Of a stretch of 64,000 bases of DNA, positions 51,328 to 61,169 are shown one piece after another. The stretch's first letter is position 1, and each line of letters begins with the position of its first letter. Below the pieces are notes generated by a model. The model was not told the origin of the DNA. It did no database searches and saw only the letters and a list, made by a program, of their open reading frames with translations. Origin of the DNA: Rickettsiales bacterium (lineage in GTDB: Bacteria; Pseudomonadota; Alphaproteobacteria; Rickettsiales; UBA3002); NCBI GenBank assembly GCA_965247335.1, contig CBDFGU010000009.1, forward strand, positions 395,519 through 459,518. Reading direction: 5' to 3'. The translations under genes were made by a program, and so were the position numbers.

Positions 51328-51535
51328 GACGTCGGGTGTTCAGGCGTGAGCGCTCAAGTCCTCTACGGAGGGCAACTACGAAAACTTGCATGCCAGGTCG
51401 GTGAGCTACGGATAGGTGGAGGGGCAATCTTCCGGGCAGTCCAAAGCGTTCGAATCGACCAAAAGGCCTGGGGAAGCGTAGGCTGCTTGCATGACAAAAA
51501 CCGATTGCTCACGCTGACGTCTGACACCCGACACC
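51328..51535. ncRNA. candidate structured RNA or MITE-like element closed by a long helix (strand undetermined)
   Basis: 51331..51339 'gtcgggtgt' pairs with 51524..51532 'acacccgac'. 51344..51351 'gcgtgagc' pairs with 51507..51514 'gctcacgc'. An internal C(UACG)G-type hairpin lies at 51360..51371, and a TATAAT lies at 51322..51327. Confidence 0.3.
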
Positions 51536-51896
51536 TTGATGAATAACGCAAGAATAACGAATGAAATAAGGCTATCGCTCAGCAAAAACCTCTCATTTAG
51601 CTGCTAGAACGAACGCTGTAATCTAGGTTTCATAAACCTAGGTCTGTGCCAAAAACTACATCTGTAAGTTTGGCGCAGATGCCGTCACCTGCCTTGCCGC
51701 CGCGCGTAGTACGTGGAGATGGCATGACGGCATGCGTGCTGTAACGATGCTTAAGCATCGTCGCCTGAATAGTTATTCACGATTCTAGGTTAATTATTTT
51801 ACATCGTGAGCCATACCACGGCGCTTTCGCGGCGGATGTACGCCGCGCGGAAGGCAGACAGATCACCGCACTCAAAATCCCGATTTACAATAACGA

Positions 51897-53912
51897 CTAC
51901 GCCGCTTTTTTCTCGTCCTTCGATTCCTCGAATTCGATAACCAGCTGGCCCGAAGTGACGCTCGCCGGTGCTTTCACCAGCACATCCTTCACCGTCGCGT
52001 CATGGTCGGCATAGATGATGTTCTCCATCTTCATCGCCTCGATGACGAACAGCTGCTGCCCCGCCCGGATGACATCGCCCTTGTTCACATGGATCGCCGA
52101 GATAAGGCCGGCGATGGGTGCCGTGATCTCATACTGCGACACGGTCGATTCGCGCACCGGCATATACTGGCCGAGCTCCGCGACGCGCAAGCTGCGCAAT
52201 GTCGCCTTCACTTCCGCTCCTGCGTAATTCAATTGGTAGCCTTCCGCCAGTGGCTGTACACGAACGCTCACCGGCTTGCCGTTCACGGTACCCTGGAACA
52301 AACGGCGACCGAGCTTCCACGCCGAGCGAATGACGACCATGCCGTCATCGTAACTGATGTCGTAGCCGTAATCCTTCTTGCGGCTGTAGACAGAAACCGA
52401 ATTCCCTGCCAGCGTCACCACCCAGCGCGCGCCAATGGCTGGTGCTCGGTTTGGCAGCTGCCCCGTAATCTGCGCCGCCCGCTCGATATCGCGCAACGAA
52501 CAGAACACCGCAACCGCCATGCACACTTTTTGCGCCTCGGTCGATAAGTCAGCACCCGTAAACCCGGCAGGCCATTCCTGCTCGATGAAGTTCGTCGAAA
52601 TGTCGCCCTTGCGGAAACGCTCGTGGCTCAGCACCGCCTGCAGGAAGCTGACGTTATGCGCGATGCCCTGAATAACGAAATCGCCCAATTGGTCGACCAT
52701 CAGGTCGATCGCCTGCTCGCGCGTCGGCGCATGCGTACAGTATTTCCCGATCATCGGATCGTAGAACATGCTGACTTCGCCGCCCTCGTAAATACTCGTA
52801 TCGATCAGCGTGCCGGGCTTCGCTTCCGGCTCCTGATACTTGATCACCCGGCCCGTCGACGGCAGGAAGCCGCGCGTCGGATCCTCGGCATAGATGCGGC
52901 TCTCGAACGCCCAGCCATTGATCTTGATATCGTCCTGCGTGAACGGCAGTTTCTCGCCCGCCGCGATACGGATCATCTGCTCGACGAGGTCGATGCCCGT
53001 TACCAGCTCTGTCACCCGGTGCTCCACCTGCAGGCGCGTATTCATTTCGAGGAAATAGAATTTGCCTGCCTGATCGACGATGAACTCCACCGTCCCCGCC
53101 GACATATAGCCTACTTGCTTGGCCAGCTGCACTGCCTGATCGCTCATGGCTTGACGCATCTCCGGGCTCACGAACATGCTCGGCGCTTCCTCGATCACCT
53201 TCTGGTGGCGGCGCTGGATGGAGCATTCGCGCTCACCCAATGACACGACATTACCGTATTTATCCGCAATGATCTGAATTTCGATATGGCGCGGATTGTC
53301 GAAATATTTCTCGATGAACACGCGTGCATCGTTGAAGCTGCTGCGCGCTTCGTTGGTCGCCATTTTCATGCCGTCGGCCAGCTCCTCGTCGGAACGCACC
53401 ACGCGCATGCCCTTGCCGCCACCGCCCGCCGCCGCCTTGATGATGACCGGGTAACCGATCTCCTTGGCGATTTTCAGCGCCTCTTTCGGGTCATTGATTG
53501 CTTCGAGCAAACCGGGAACCCCATTTACCCCCGCCGCGCGCGCAATCTTCTTGGATTCGATCTTGTCACCCATCAAACGGATGGCCTCCGGCGTCGGCCC
53601 GACCCAGGTCGCCGCCGTGCGCTCGACGACGGCACGCGCGAAATTCTCTTTCTCCGACAGGAAGCCATAGCCCGGATGTACGCATTCCGCGCCCGACTGG
53701 TCGATCGCCGAAACGAGGTTATCGATATTGAGATAGGATTTGATGCTTGGCGAACCGCCGATGAACACTGCCTCATCCGCATTCTTCACATGCAGGGCAT
53801 TGGTATCGGCTTCCGAATACACGGCGATAGTACGCATGCCAAGTTTCTTCGCCGTCTGCATGATGCGGCTGGCGATCTCGCCCCGGTTAGCAATCAGTAT
53901 GGAATGGAACAT
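51897..53912 (-). CDS. pccA: propionyl-CoA (acyl-CoA) carboxylase alpha subunit (biotin carboxylase plus biotin carrier)
   Basis: 'ILIANRGEIA.RI' and the ATP-grasp biotin carboxylase motifs are present, along with the C-terminal biotinylation motif 'EAMKMEN'. The start was moved to 53912. Confidence 0.85.
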   Translation of the reverse strand: MFHSILIANRGEIASRIMQTAKKLGMRTIAVYSEADTNALHVKNADEAVFIGGSPSIKSYLNIDNLVSAIDQSGAECVHPGYGFLSEKENFARAVVERTAATWVGPTPEAIRLMGDKIESKKIARAAGVNGVPGLLEAINDPKEALKIAKEIGYPVIIKAAAGGGGKGMRVVRSDEELADGMKMATNEARSSFNDARVFIEKYFDNPRHIEIQIIADKYGNVVSLGERECSIQRRHQKVIEEAPSMFVSPEMRQAMSDQAVQLAKQVGYMSAGTVEFIVDQAGKFYFLEMNTRLQVEHRVTELVTGIDLVEQMIRIAAGEKLPFTQDDIKINGWAFESRIYAEDPTRGFLPSTGRVIKYQEPEAKPGTLIDTSIYEGGEVSMFYDPMIGKYCTHAPTREQAIDLMVDQLGDFVIQGIAHNVSFLQAVLSHERFRKGDISTNFIEQEWPAGFTGADLSTEAQKVCMAVAVFCSLRDIERAAQITGQLPNRAPAIGARWVVTLAGNSVSVYSRKKDYGYDISYDDGMVVIRSAWKLGRRLFQGTVNGKPVSVRVQPLAEGYQLNYAGAEVKATLRSLRVAELGQYMPVRESTVSQYEITAPIAGLISAIHVNKGDVIRAGQQLFVIEAMKMENIIYADHDATVKDVLVKAPASVTSGQLVIEFEESKDEKKAA

Positions 53913-54037
53913 AGACGCGTTTTGTAGAGGAATCACCCGCGAGTGCAACCGTTTTTACAGTACCTTTGGAATAGTAGAAGGTCGCTTTTTTTAGACTTTT
54001 CTATTGACGGGCCAATCACTATTCTGACCACCATGCG

Positions 54038-55246
54038 ATGAAAGGGCACGTGATGAAACTCCATTTACCCAAACGCGCGACGCTCTCCCATAACAGCCAG
54101 TGGTACGAGGGCAATAGCTGGGCGCTGACCCCGACCCGGTCCGCCCTTGTATTTGGCCTCCTCTTTGTCCTTCGCAGCATCCTGCGCTACAGCATTCCCG
54201 GCCTGCCGCTCGGTGGGGATTTTACCCTCTTCAAAGTCGCCGCCCATTTCGCCATGCAGGGCAATGCGATCGGCGCTTACATCCCCGAACAGTTCGCCGC
54301 CACCGCCCGCGCCATGACACCCGTGCTTGGCGATGCCTATTGGTATTATCCGCCACATTTCTTCTTTCTCATCCTGCCGCTCGTCTGGTTCCCGCCCATC
54401 GCTGCACTACTAGTCTGGCTCGGCGTTTCGCTCCTCCTGATGTATGCCGCATTCCGCTCGCTGCTCGGAGCCGACAATCATCCATGGCGCGCCCTCACCT
54501 GCAGCGCCGTGTTCATGAATCTCGATTACGGGCAGACTGGCTGCATGATCGGCGCCTTCCTCTGCTGGGTACTGGCCTGGCGTGAAAAGCGCCCCATTGC
54601 CGCCGGCGCCATGCTGGCACTGGTCGCCTGCAAACCGCAATATCTGGTGGTCGTATGCCTCATGCTGGTGCTCGAGCGCCGCTGGAAAACACTGTTCAGC
54701 GCCGCAATGACCTTCGCCATCATCGCCGTCCTTACCGCGATTTTCTTCGGGTTTAGCATCTGGCAGACATGGTGGGCGCATACGGACGATGCGCTGCGCA
54801 TCATCACCGGGCATACCTATCTGTGGAAAACGTTGACCAGCATCTTCAGCACACTACGCAGTTGGGGAGCGTCATCGACAGTGGCATATGGCGCGCATGT
54901 AGCGGTACTGCTGACGGTGCTTGCAGCCTCCTTACGTTTCTACTTTAAGCGCCCTGACCCGCGCTTGTGGAATGCTGCCATTCTGATCGCCACCTGTTTC
55001 GCCTCACCCTATTTCCATGTATACGACCTCGCGATCAGCGCCGTCGCTATCGTGCTGGTAAATGATGTGCTACGCGAGCGCGGCTGGAAACCGTGGCAGA
55101 AAGAACTGCTGACCCTTACCAGCCTGTCACCGTTCCTCTGTTTTTTCCTGTCGCTGCTACTGCCGCTATACCTGCAGCCCTTAGTGCTGCTGGCCTTTTT
55201 GGCGCTTATTCTTAGTGAAACTGTTCCTGCTCGGTCGAGCCCTTGA
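54038..55246 (+). CDS. polytopic membrane protein, GT87/DUF2029-like glycosyltransferase
   Basis: About 10 TM segments. The pattern '[13 protein letters not shown]', '[14 protein letters not shown]...' and 'LVACKPQY' resembles the DUF2029 (GT-C) conserved blocks. Confidence 0.5.
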   Translation: MKGHVMKLHLPKRATLSHNSQWYEGNSWALTPTRSALVFGLLFVLRSILRYSIPGLPLGGDFTLFKVAAHFAMQGNAIGAYIPEQFAATARAMTPVLGDAYWYYPPHFFFLILPLVWFPPIAALLVWLGVSLLLMYAAFRSLLGADNHPWRALTCSAVFMNLDYGQTGCMIGAFLCWVLAWREKRPIAAGAMLALVACKPQYLVVVCLMLVLERRWKTLFSAAMTFAIIAVLTAIFFGFSIWQTWWAHTDDALRIITGHTYLWKTLTSIFSTLRSWGASSTVAYGAHVAVLLTVLAASLRFYFKRPDPRLWNAAILIATCFASPYFHVYDLAISAVAIVLVNDVLRERGWKPWQKELLTLTSLSPFLCFFLSLLLPLYLQPLVLLAFLALILSETVPARSSP

Positions 55247-56489
55247 AGGCCGTCGTACTCGCCTGCCCGCCGCTGATCGCTTCCGCTACCGCATCGAAAT
55301 ACCCGACGCCCACTTCGCGCTGGTGTTTCACAGCGGTGAAGCCTTTGGCCGCATCGGCGAATTCCTTGTCCTGCAGTGTGACATAACCGGCCATGCCTGC
55401 ATCCTTGTACTTGGTCGCGAGGTCGAACATGCCGTGGTTGAGCGCGTGGAAACCGGCGAGTGTGATGAACTGGAATTTGTAGCCCATCGCCCCCAGTTCT
55501 TTCTGGAATTTCGCAATGGTAATATCGTCGAGGTTCTTGCGCCAGTTGAAGGACGGCGAGCAGTTATAGGCGAGGTATTTTCCCGGGTGCACCTTATGCA
55601 TCGCCTCGGCGAATTTCTTCGCTTCCGCGAGATCCGGCGTCGAGGTCTCGCACCAGACGAGATCGGCATATTCCGCAAACGCGATGCCGCGATTGATTGC
55701 CGCATCGATGCCGCCATCGTAGTTGAAGAAACCCTCGACCGTGCGACCTTGCTTAATGAAGTTGCCATCGCGCTCATCGACATCCGAGGTGACAAGATAG
55801 CTGCCGTTCGCATCGGTGCGCGCAATGATGATGCTCGGCACGCCGCAGGTATCCGCCGCCAGCCGCGCGGCTACCAGCTTTTCGATATGCTCGCGGATCG
55901 GCACCAGCACCTTACCGCCCATGTGGCCGCATTTCTTCGCGGAGGATAACTGGTCCTCCCAATGCACACCCGCTGCACCCGCTTCGATCATCATTTTCTG
56001 CAGCTCGAATGCATTCAGGTTGCCGCCGAAGCCCGCTTCCGCATCCGCCACGATCGGCTGGAACCAGTCGCGCGCCGCCTTGCCGGTCTCGCTCACCTCA
56101 ATTTCATCCGCCCGTTTCAGCGTTGCGTTGATACGCTTCACCACCGCTGGCACCGAATCCGCCGGGTAAAGCGACTGATCTGGGTACATCATACCCGCCA
56201 GGTTCGCATCTGCCGCCACCTGCCACCCGGAGAGATAGATCGCCTTCAGCCCCGCGCGCACCTGCTGCATCGCCTGGTTACCGGTCAATGCGCCAAGCGC
56301 ATTCACATAGGTCTCTTTCTCGAAATAGTTCCAGAGTTTCTCGCTGGTATGTTTCGCGATGCTGTACTCGATCGGCAAGCTCCCGCGTAGCTTTACCACA
56401 TCCGCCCCGCTATAGGGCCGCTTCACGCCTTTCCAGCGTTTATTGGTTTTCCAGTCTTTTTCCAGTGCTGCTGCATCGAGCCAGGTCAT
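55212..56489 (-). CDS. aceA: isocitrate lyase
   Basis: It has '[13 protein letters not shown]', the ICL signature, plus 'ARTDA' and 'WCETS'. Confidence 0.95.
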   Translation of the reverse strand: MTWLDAAALEKDWKTNKRWKGVKRPYSGADVVKLRGSLPIEYSIAKHTSEKLWNYFEKETYVNALGALTGNQAMQQVRAGLKAIYLSGWQVAADANLAGMMYPDQSLYPADSVPAVVKRINATLKRADEIEVSETGKAARDWFQPIVADAEAGFGGNLNAFELQKMMIEAGAAGVHWEDQLSSAKKCGHMGGKVLVPIREHIEKLVAARLAADTCGVPSIIIARTDANGSYLVTSDVDERDGNFIKQGRTVEGFFNYDGGIDAAINRGIAFAEYADLVWCETSTPDLAEAKKFAEAMHKVHPGKYLAYNCSPSFNWRKNLDDITIAKFQKELGAMGYKFQFITLAGFHALNHGMFDLATKYKDAGMAGYVTLQDKEFADAAKGFTAVKHQREVGVGYFDAVAEAISGGQASTTAFKGSTEQEQFH

Positions 56490-56675
56490 GCGAAATCTCC
56501 AATTATGGTGCAGCGCACATTAAACAAGGCCGATGATAAACAAACCATTAACAAAAAGCGTTTAACGTCCTTTTAAGTCATTTTCTTGCCGACTGCGGTA
56601 GCTTTGCTGCACCCGCTCCAATGTCATAAAATCTTAACCTGTCCATGCTAGGTTAACGCTTTGACGGAGAAAATC

Positions 56676-57221
56676 ATGAGCCAACCGCAGAACCCGCCCG
56701 CAGTAGGGCCCCAACCGAAACTTCCGGAAACGTCGCAAGAAGCTGCGCAGGTAGCACTGGATATGATTGGCCCTTTGCACATGCAGGGTTTTGGCATTGC
56801 GGTCAGGACGCCGACAGGGCTTATTCCGCTCGAGGTCAATCCCATCGAGGGCCTGCATTTGCGCGGGTTGCTTCAAGGCTACGTCAACGGCACCTTACAG
56901 TATGGCGATCCGCGCATCGTTGGTGGCCTGAATGCAGTGATGACTGGGTTGCAAGCCGCCGCGAAGAAATTGCAGGAAGTGGAAAAGCAGGGCGTGAACA
57001 CGGCCGATAGTCAACCTGCAGTGGATTCGAAAACGGTCAAAGCACGCCAGAATACCATGGCAGTGATCGACGAGATGGCCGCGCGGGTCGCGAACGCCAT
57101 CTTCATCACGGCGCAATTCGGCCTGACAATGGATAAGCCCCTTTTCAGGGAAAATGAACGTGGGTTGGGCTTCAATCGCGATATTGGTGACCGCAAACAT
57201 GCCGATAGCATAAAGCGCTAG
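56676..57221 (+). CDS. hypothetical protein (181 aa)
   Basis: The ORF has GGAGA 5 nt upstream of the ATG at 56676. No domain recognised. Confidence 0.5.
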   Translation: MSQPQNPPAVGPQPKLPETSQEAAQVALDMIGPLHMQGFGIAVRTPTGLIPLEVNPIEGLHLRGLLQGYVNGTLQYGDPRIVGGLNAVMTGLQAAAKKLQEVEKQGVNTADSQPAVDSKTVKARQNTMAVIDEMAARVANAIFITAQFGLTMDKPLFRENERGLGFNRDIGDRKHADSIKR

Positions 57222-57228
57222 CGAGCCC

Positions 57229-58767
57229 TTACAGCGGCAAATTATCGTGCCGCTTCTTCGGATTCTCCAGCTGCTTGTGGCGCAAGGTCGTAAGTGCCCG
57301 GCACACCCGCCAGCGCGTATTCTGCGGGCGGATCACATCATCAAGATACCCACGTGACGCCGCGGCGAACGGCGATGCGAAATTATCGCGGTAGCTTTCC
57401 ACCGCCGCATCGAGCTCCGTCTTGTCCTTGAACTTGCCCTTGAAGATGATCTCGACCGCGCCTTCCGGCCCCATCACCGCAATCTCCGCCGATGGCCATG
57501 CATAGTTGATATCGTTGCGCAAATGCTTGCTGCCCATCACGATATACGCGCCGCCATAGGCCTTGCGCGTAATGATCGTTATCTTCGGCACCGTCGCCTC
57601 CGCATAGGCATATAGCAGCTTCGCACCATGGCGGATGATGCCGTTATGCTCCTGGCTCGACCCCGGCAGGAAACCCGGCACATCGACCAGCGTGACGAGC
57701 GGGATATTGAACGCGTCGCAGAAACGCACGAACCGCGCCGCCTTGCGGCTGGCATCGATATCGAGGCAACCCGCCAGTTCCATCGGCTGGTTGGCGACGA
57801 AGCCGACGGTGTGCCCTTCCATGCGACCGAAACCGATGATGATGTTCTTGGCGAAATCCGCCGCAATCTGGAAAAAATCTTCTTCATCGACCACCCGGTT
57901 CAGCACTTCGAACATGTCATACGGCTTGTTCGCATTATCCGGGATAACATTATTCAAACCCATTTCGACGCGATCCGCCGGGTCTTCCGTCGGGCGCACC
58001 GGTGGCTTCTCGCGGTTCGATAGCGGCAGGAAATTCACCAGCCGGCGCACCTGCAGCAGCGCTTCGATATCATTATCATAGACCATATCGGCAACGCCCG
58101 TGAACCTGCCATGCACATCTGCGCCGCCCAGTTCTTCCTGCGTGATCTCTTCATGCGTCACCGTCTTTACCACATCCGGCCCGGTCACGAACATGTACGC
58201 CGACCCGCGCACCATGATGGTGAAATCCGTCAGCGCCGGTGAATACACCGCACCACCCGCGCACGGCCCCATGATGACCGAGATTTGCGGGATGACACCC
58301 GACGCCAGCACATTACGCTGGAAGATTTCGCCGAAGCCCGCCAGCGAATCGACGCCTTCCTGAATCCGCGCGCCGCCGGAGTCGTTGAGGCCGATGACGG
58401 GCGCCCCCATCTTCATCGCCATATCGTAGACTTTGCAGATCTTCTTTGCGTTGTTCTCCGACAGCGAGCCGCCGAGCACGGTAAAATCCTGGCTGTAAAT
58501 GAAGACGAGGCGACCGTTGATCGTGCCTTGCCCTGTCACCACGCCGTCACCCGGGATCTTGGTTTTTTCCATGCCGAAATTCGTGCAGCGATGCTCCATG
58601 AACATGTCGTATTCTTCGAACGAATCGGGATCGAGCAGCACTTCGAGGCGTTCGCGCGCGGTCAGTTTGCCTTTGTCATGCTGGACGTTGATGCGGGGTT
58701 GGCCGCCACCGAAGCGTGCCGCCTCGCGTTTGATTTCCAATTCCTTGATAATCGCAACCGCGCTCAT
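57229..58767 (-). CDS. pccB: propionyl-CoA carboxylase beta subunit (carboxyltransferase)
   Basis: '[19 protein letters not shown]', '[14 protein letters not shown]', '[13 protein letters not shown]', '[13 protein letters not shown]' and '[17 protein letters not shown]' fit PccB. Confidence 0.9.
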   Translation of the reverse strand: MSAVAIIKELEIKREAARFGGGQPRINVQHDKGKLTARERLEVLLDPDSFEEYDMFMEHRCTNFGMEKTKIPGDGVVTGQGTINGRLVFIYSQDFTVLGGSLSENNAKKICKVYDMAMKMGAPVIGLNDSGGARIQEGVDSLAGFGEIFQRNVLASGVIPQISVIMGPCAGGAVYSPALTDFTIMVRGSAYMFVTGPDVVKTVTHEEITQEELGGADVHGRFTGVADMVYDNDIEALLQVRRLVNFLPLSNREKPPVRPTEDPADRVEMGLNNVIPDNANKPYDMFEVLNRVVDEEDFFQIAADFAKNIIIGFGRMEGHTVGFVANQPMELAGCLDIDASRKAARFVRFCDAFNIPLVTLVDVPGFLPGSSQEHNGIIRHGAKLLYAYAEATVPKITIITRKAYGGAYIVMGSKHLRNDINYAWPSAEIAVMGPEGAVEIIFKGKFKDKTELDAAVESYRDNFASPFAAASRGYLDDVIRPQNTRWRVCRALTTLRHKQLENPKKRHDNLPL

Positions 58768-58904
58768 GCTACCCCATATAACTGGTGAAAAATCGCATGT
58801 AGCATAGCTTCAACCCTCACGCAAAGCGGCAATTTCAGCCAGTGTGCACAAGAAATGAACGCAAATATTTCTGGCTGTTTTCTAAGCGCTTATCTGTCAA
58901 GAAA

Positions 58905-59717
58905 TTAATGGCTATTCATGCATTCGGCAAGAAAGAACGCCGCCGCTTTTACATCCCGGCATTTGCTTTGCCATTTTTGCGCTGCCTCAGGTGCTTCGCC
59001 CCACTGCGCTTGCTGTGCCGCTTCATCGAGCCGTGCCGCGACCAACGCTTCATCGGCAGTAATAAAATCTTTCCATACCGCCAATGTCAGCAGTGACGAA
59101 CCGAGAATCGGTACCATCAGCGATAGTGCGGCGAGCTCATGGTCATCACTTGCCGCAAAGAGCATAACCAGTTTTTGCAGACTCTGCTGCGGCTGGGGTA
59201 CCGGCATCAATCCGTCCGTTACCACGAAGACAATGCCGTACTCGCTTTTCAGCCACCCTAGGATAGGATCGAAATGCTCCGCCTGCAACTTCCCCAAATC
59301 GTTATTCCTGCGAAAGCCGGAAACCATCTGTTTGTATTCTTCAAGATGGATTCCAGCTTCCGCAGGACAGACGGCATCTTGCGTAAATCGATAACACAGT
59401 AAATCCGTTTCGCCATAACCGGCAATATCCTTCAGCAACGCCTCACGGTCGATTGCAATCCGGTCGAGTGCGACGTTCAGCAAGCGCGTCAGCGGCATTG
59501 TGTCAGTATCGATGAACTTGTCTTGTGCTTGCCACTCCGCCGCGATTTGTTGCGCAAGTTTTTGCGATGACGTCTGCAGCAATTTCTGTTGCGGTGTGCG
59601 AATTGGTTTTTCATCGAGTGTGATGACGAATCCGCTATCCTTTTGCTGCGCCATTGCTGCAGCATAAAACCGTTTGGGCAATGGGCGATTCTCTGCTTTT
59701 GCTTGGCTCATTTCCAT
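58905..59717 (-). CDS. ATP12-family F1-ATPase assembly chaperone, carrying a 24-codon repeat-derived insertion
   Basis: 'KRFY', 'V.LD.KPIRTP....L' and 'IA.EW.AQ...ID..TMPLTRL.N.A.D' match the ATP12 family. The segment 'VCPAEAGIHLEEYKQMVSGFRRNN' is encoded by repeat copy 59301..59372. Confidence 0.8.
   Translation of the reverse strand: MEMSQAKAENRPLPKRFYAAAMAQQKDSGFVITLDEKPIRTPQQKLLQTSSQKLAQQIAAEWQAQDKFIDTDTMPLTRLLNVALDRIAIDREALLKDIAGYGETDLLCYRFTQDAVCPAEAGIHLEEYKQMVSGFRRNNDLGKLQAEHFDPILGWLKSEYGIVFVVTDGLMPVPQPQQSLQKLVMLFAASDDHELAALSLMVPILGSSLLTLAVWKDFITADEALVAARLDEAAQQAQWGEAPEAAQKWQSKCRDVKAAAFFLAECMNSH
59301..59372. repeat. double-hairpin palindromic element, copy 2 (degenerate, in frame within the ATP12 gene)
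   Basis: The arms 'gttattcctgcgaaagccggaaac' and 'ggattccagcttccgcaggacagac' match the arms of 33154..33223 at 19/24 and 20/25 positions. Spacing is the same and the length is 72 nt (24 codons). Confidence 0.75.
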
Positions 59718-59723
59718 GAAAGC

Positions 59724-60698
59724 TTATTCTTCCAGCGTCAATCCCAGTGAGTCGAGGCTTGCGGCAATATGCGTCGCCAGCGGCGCTTTGTATTCACGCT
59801 CGGGCTTGCCGAACATTGGCGGCAGGATAATTTTCCACGCTTGTAAATGCAGTCTTCCGGAGACCTCGACGCTACCTTTGATATGTGCCGCACCGCCACC
59901 GTATTTTCCGTCGCCGACAATGGGGCATTTCATCTCTGCCATATGTACCCTCAGTTGGTGGGTGCGGCCCGTAATCGGCTCCAGCTCGACCAACGCCATC
60001 TTCTTCGCCAGATGCTCGAGCGTGCGATACCGTGTGATCGCCCGTTTGCCAGCCTCATCCACACTGCGCACCATCTCGCGGCTATCTTCACCGCGTGCCA
60101 CCTTATCAAGGTTGGATTCGATCTCGCCCGTGTAGGGGTTTGGCACATTCACTACCAGCGCCAGATAGGTCTTTCGGATAGTCTTGCTCACGAAGCCTCG
60201 CTGCAACTCCGCTGCCGCCGCTTGATGGCGCGCCAGTAACATCACCCCGCTGGTATCCTTATCGAGCCGGTGGACGAGGCGCGGCACTTGCTTACCATCG
60301 AACTGCAGCGCCGGCAGCATGCCATCGAGATGCTTTACCACCTTACTGCCGCCCTGCACCGCTAAGCCCGCCGGCTTATTGATGACGAGAATATCCTTGT
60401 CCTTATACAACACGAACGACTGCGCTTCTTCGGCCAGTTCCATCGTCAGCTTCATCGGCTGCTTTTCGCGTGGTGCCTGCTCCTTCGCTGGGTCGACGAT
60501 ATCGCCACGCACTTCGACCACATCCTCGGCGAACACCCGCACACTGCCCTCGGCCTTCTTACCATTGACCCGGATACGCCCGCTCCGCAACGCCTTCTGG
60601 TACACCGAGTTCGGCGCACTACCAAGGATGCGCTGGCACCAGCGGTCGAGCCGCGTGTTGCCGTCCATATCGTCCACTTTGTAGGTGCGTTTTTCCAT
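59724..60698 (-). CDS. rluC: RluA/RluC-family 23S rRNA pseudouridine synthase
   Basis: It has an S4-like N-domain ('RLDRW...'), 'LVINKPAGLAVQGG' and the catalytic motif 'HRLDKDTSGVMLLA'. The start was moved to 60698. Confidence 0.85.
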   Translation of the reverse strand: MEKRTYKVDDMDGNTRLDRWCQRILGSAPNSVYQKALRSGRIRVNGKKAEGSVRVFAEDVVEVRGDIVDPAKEQAPREKQPMKLTMELAEEAQSFVLYKDKDILVINKPAGLAVQGGSKVVKHLDGMLPALQFDGKQVPRLVHRLDKDTSGVMLLARHQAAAAELQRGFVSKTIRKTYLALVVNVPNPYTGEIESNLDKVARGEDSREMVRSVDEAGKRAITRYRTLEHLAKKMALVELEPITGRTHQLRVHMAEMKCPIVGDGKYGGGAAHIKGSVEVSGRLHLQAWKIILPPMFGKPEREYKAPLATHIAASLDSLGLTLEE

Positions 60699-60773
60699 GT
60701 GCCCTACATGCCCGATTGCGCCACCCATTGCAACCTTCGCGACGCGCGCTATAGTGCGCAAAACAAGGAGTCC

Positions 60774-61169
60774 ATGATGCCCGCTGTCCTGCTTGGTTAT
60801 CTGATCGTATTCTTCGGTGGCGGCTGCGGCGCGGCCATCCGCCACGGCATCAACCGACTGTCGTTGGTTTTGAACCCGGATTTCCCGGCCGGCACCATGC
60901 TCATCAATATCCTCGGCTGTCTCCTGATGGGGGTGTTCGCCAGCTGGTTCGCCTCTAAAGGCGAGGCGGTTTCGCAGCCCATGCGCCTGCTTCTGACGAC
61001 CGGCCTGCTCGGCGGCTTCACCACTTTTTCTGCATTTTCGCTCGATGCAGCCTATCTCTGGCAACGCGGGCAAGTCGCTGCGGCGGCATTGTACGTTGTC
61101 GGGTCGGTGGGCTTGTCACTGCTGGCGGTATTCGCCGGGCTGGCCATCAGCCGGCCAATGTTAGGCTAG
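60774..61169 (+). CDS. crcB: fluoride ion channel CrcB/FluC
   Basis: 131 aa with four TM segments, 'GGGCGAAIR', 'GT...N..G' and 'GLLGGFTTFSAF'. AAGGAG lies 3 nt upstream of the ATG at 60774. Confidence 0.88.
   Translation: MMPAVLLGYLIVFFGGGCGAAIRHGINRLSLVLNPDFPAGTMLINILGCLLMGVFASWFASKGEAVSQPMRLLLTTGLLGGFTTFSAFSLDAAYLWQRGQVAAAALYVVGSVGLSLLAVFAGLAISRPMLG

Noticed and set aside
51328-51600. I considered a two-piece (permuted) alphaproteobacterial tmRNA, 6S RNA, SRP RNA, RNase P RNA or a c-di-GMP riboswitch next to the HD-GYP gene.
   Set aside because: There is no tRNA-like T-arm with a GGTTCGA-type loop closed by a proper stem, and no ..CCACCA acceptor end. No tag-like reading frame ends in (L/V)AA followed by a stop: the only 'LAA' frame reads on into 'aga'. 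I saw no RNase P P4 block, SRP domain IV block or GEMM consensus block. It is kept only as an unclassified candidate.
60699-60773. I looked for a fluoride riboswitch (crcB motif) upstream of crcB.
   Set aside because: The 75-nt upstream region overlaps the divergent rluC start. I could not find the conserved crcB-motif elements (the GGxGAUGG..UUC..CC pseudoknot arm, or AACCGCC...CUGAUGAUGCCUAC).
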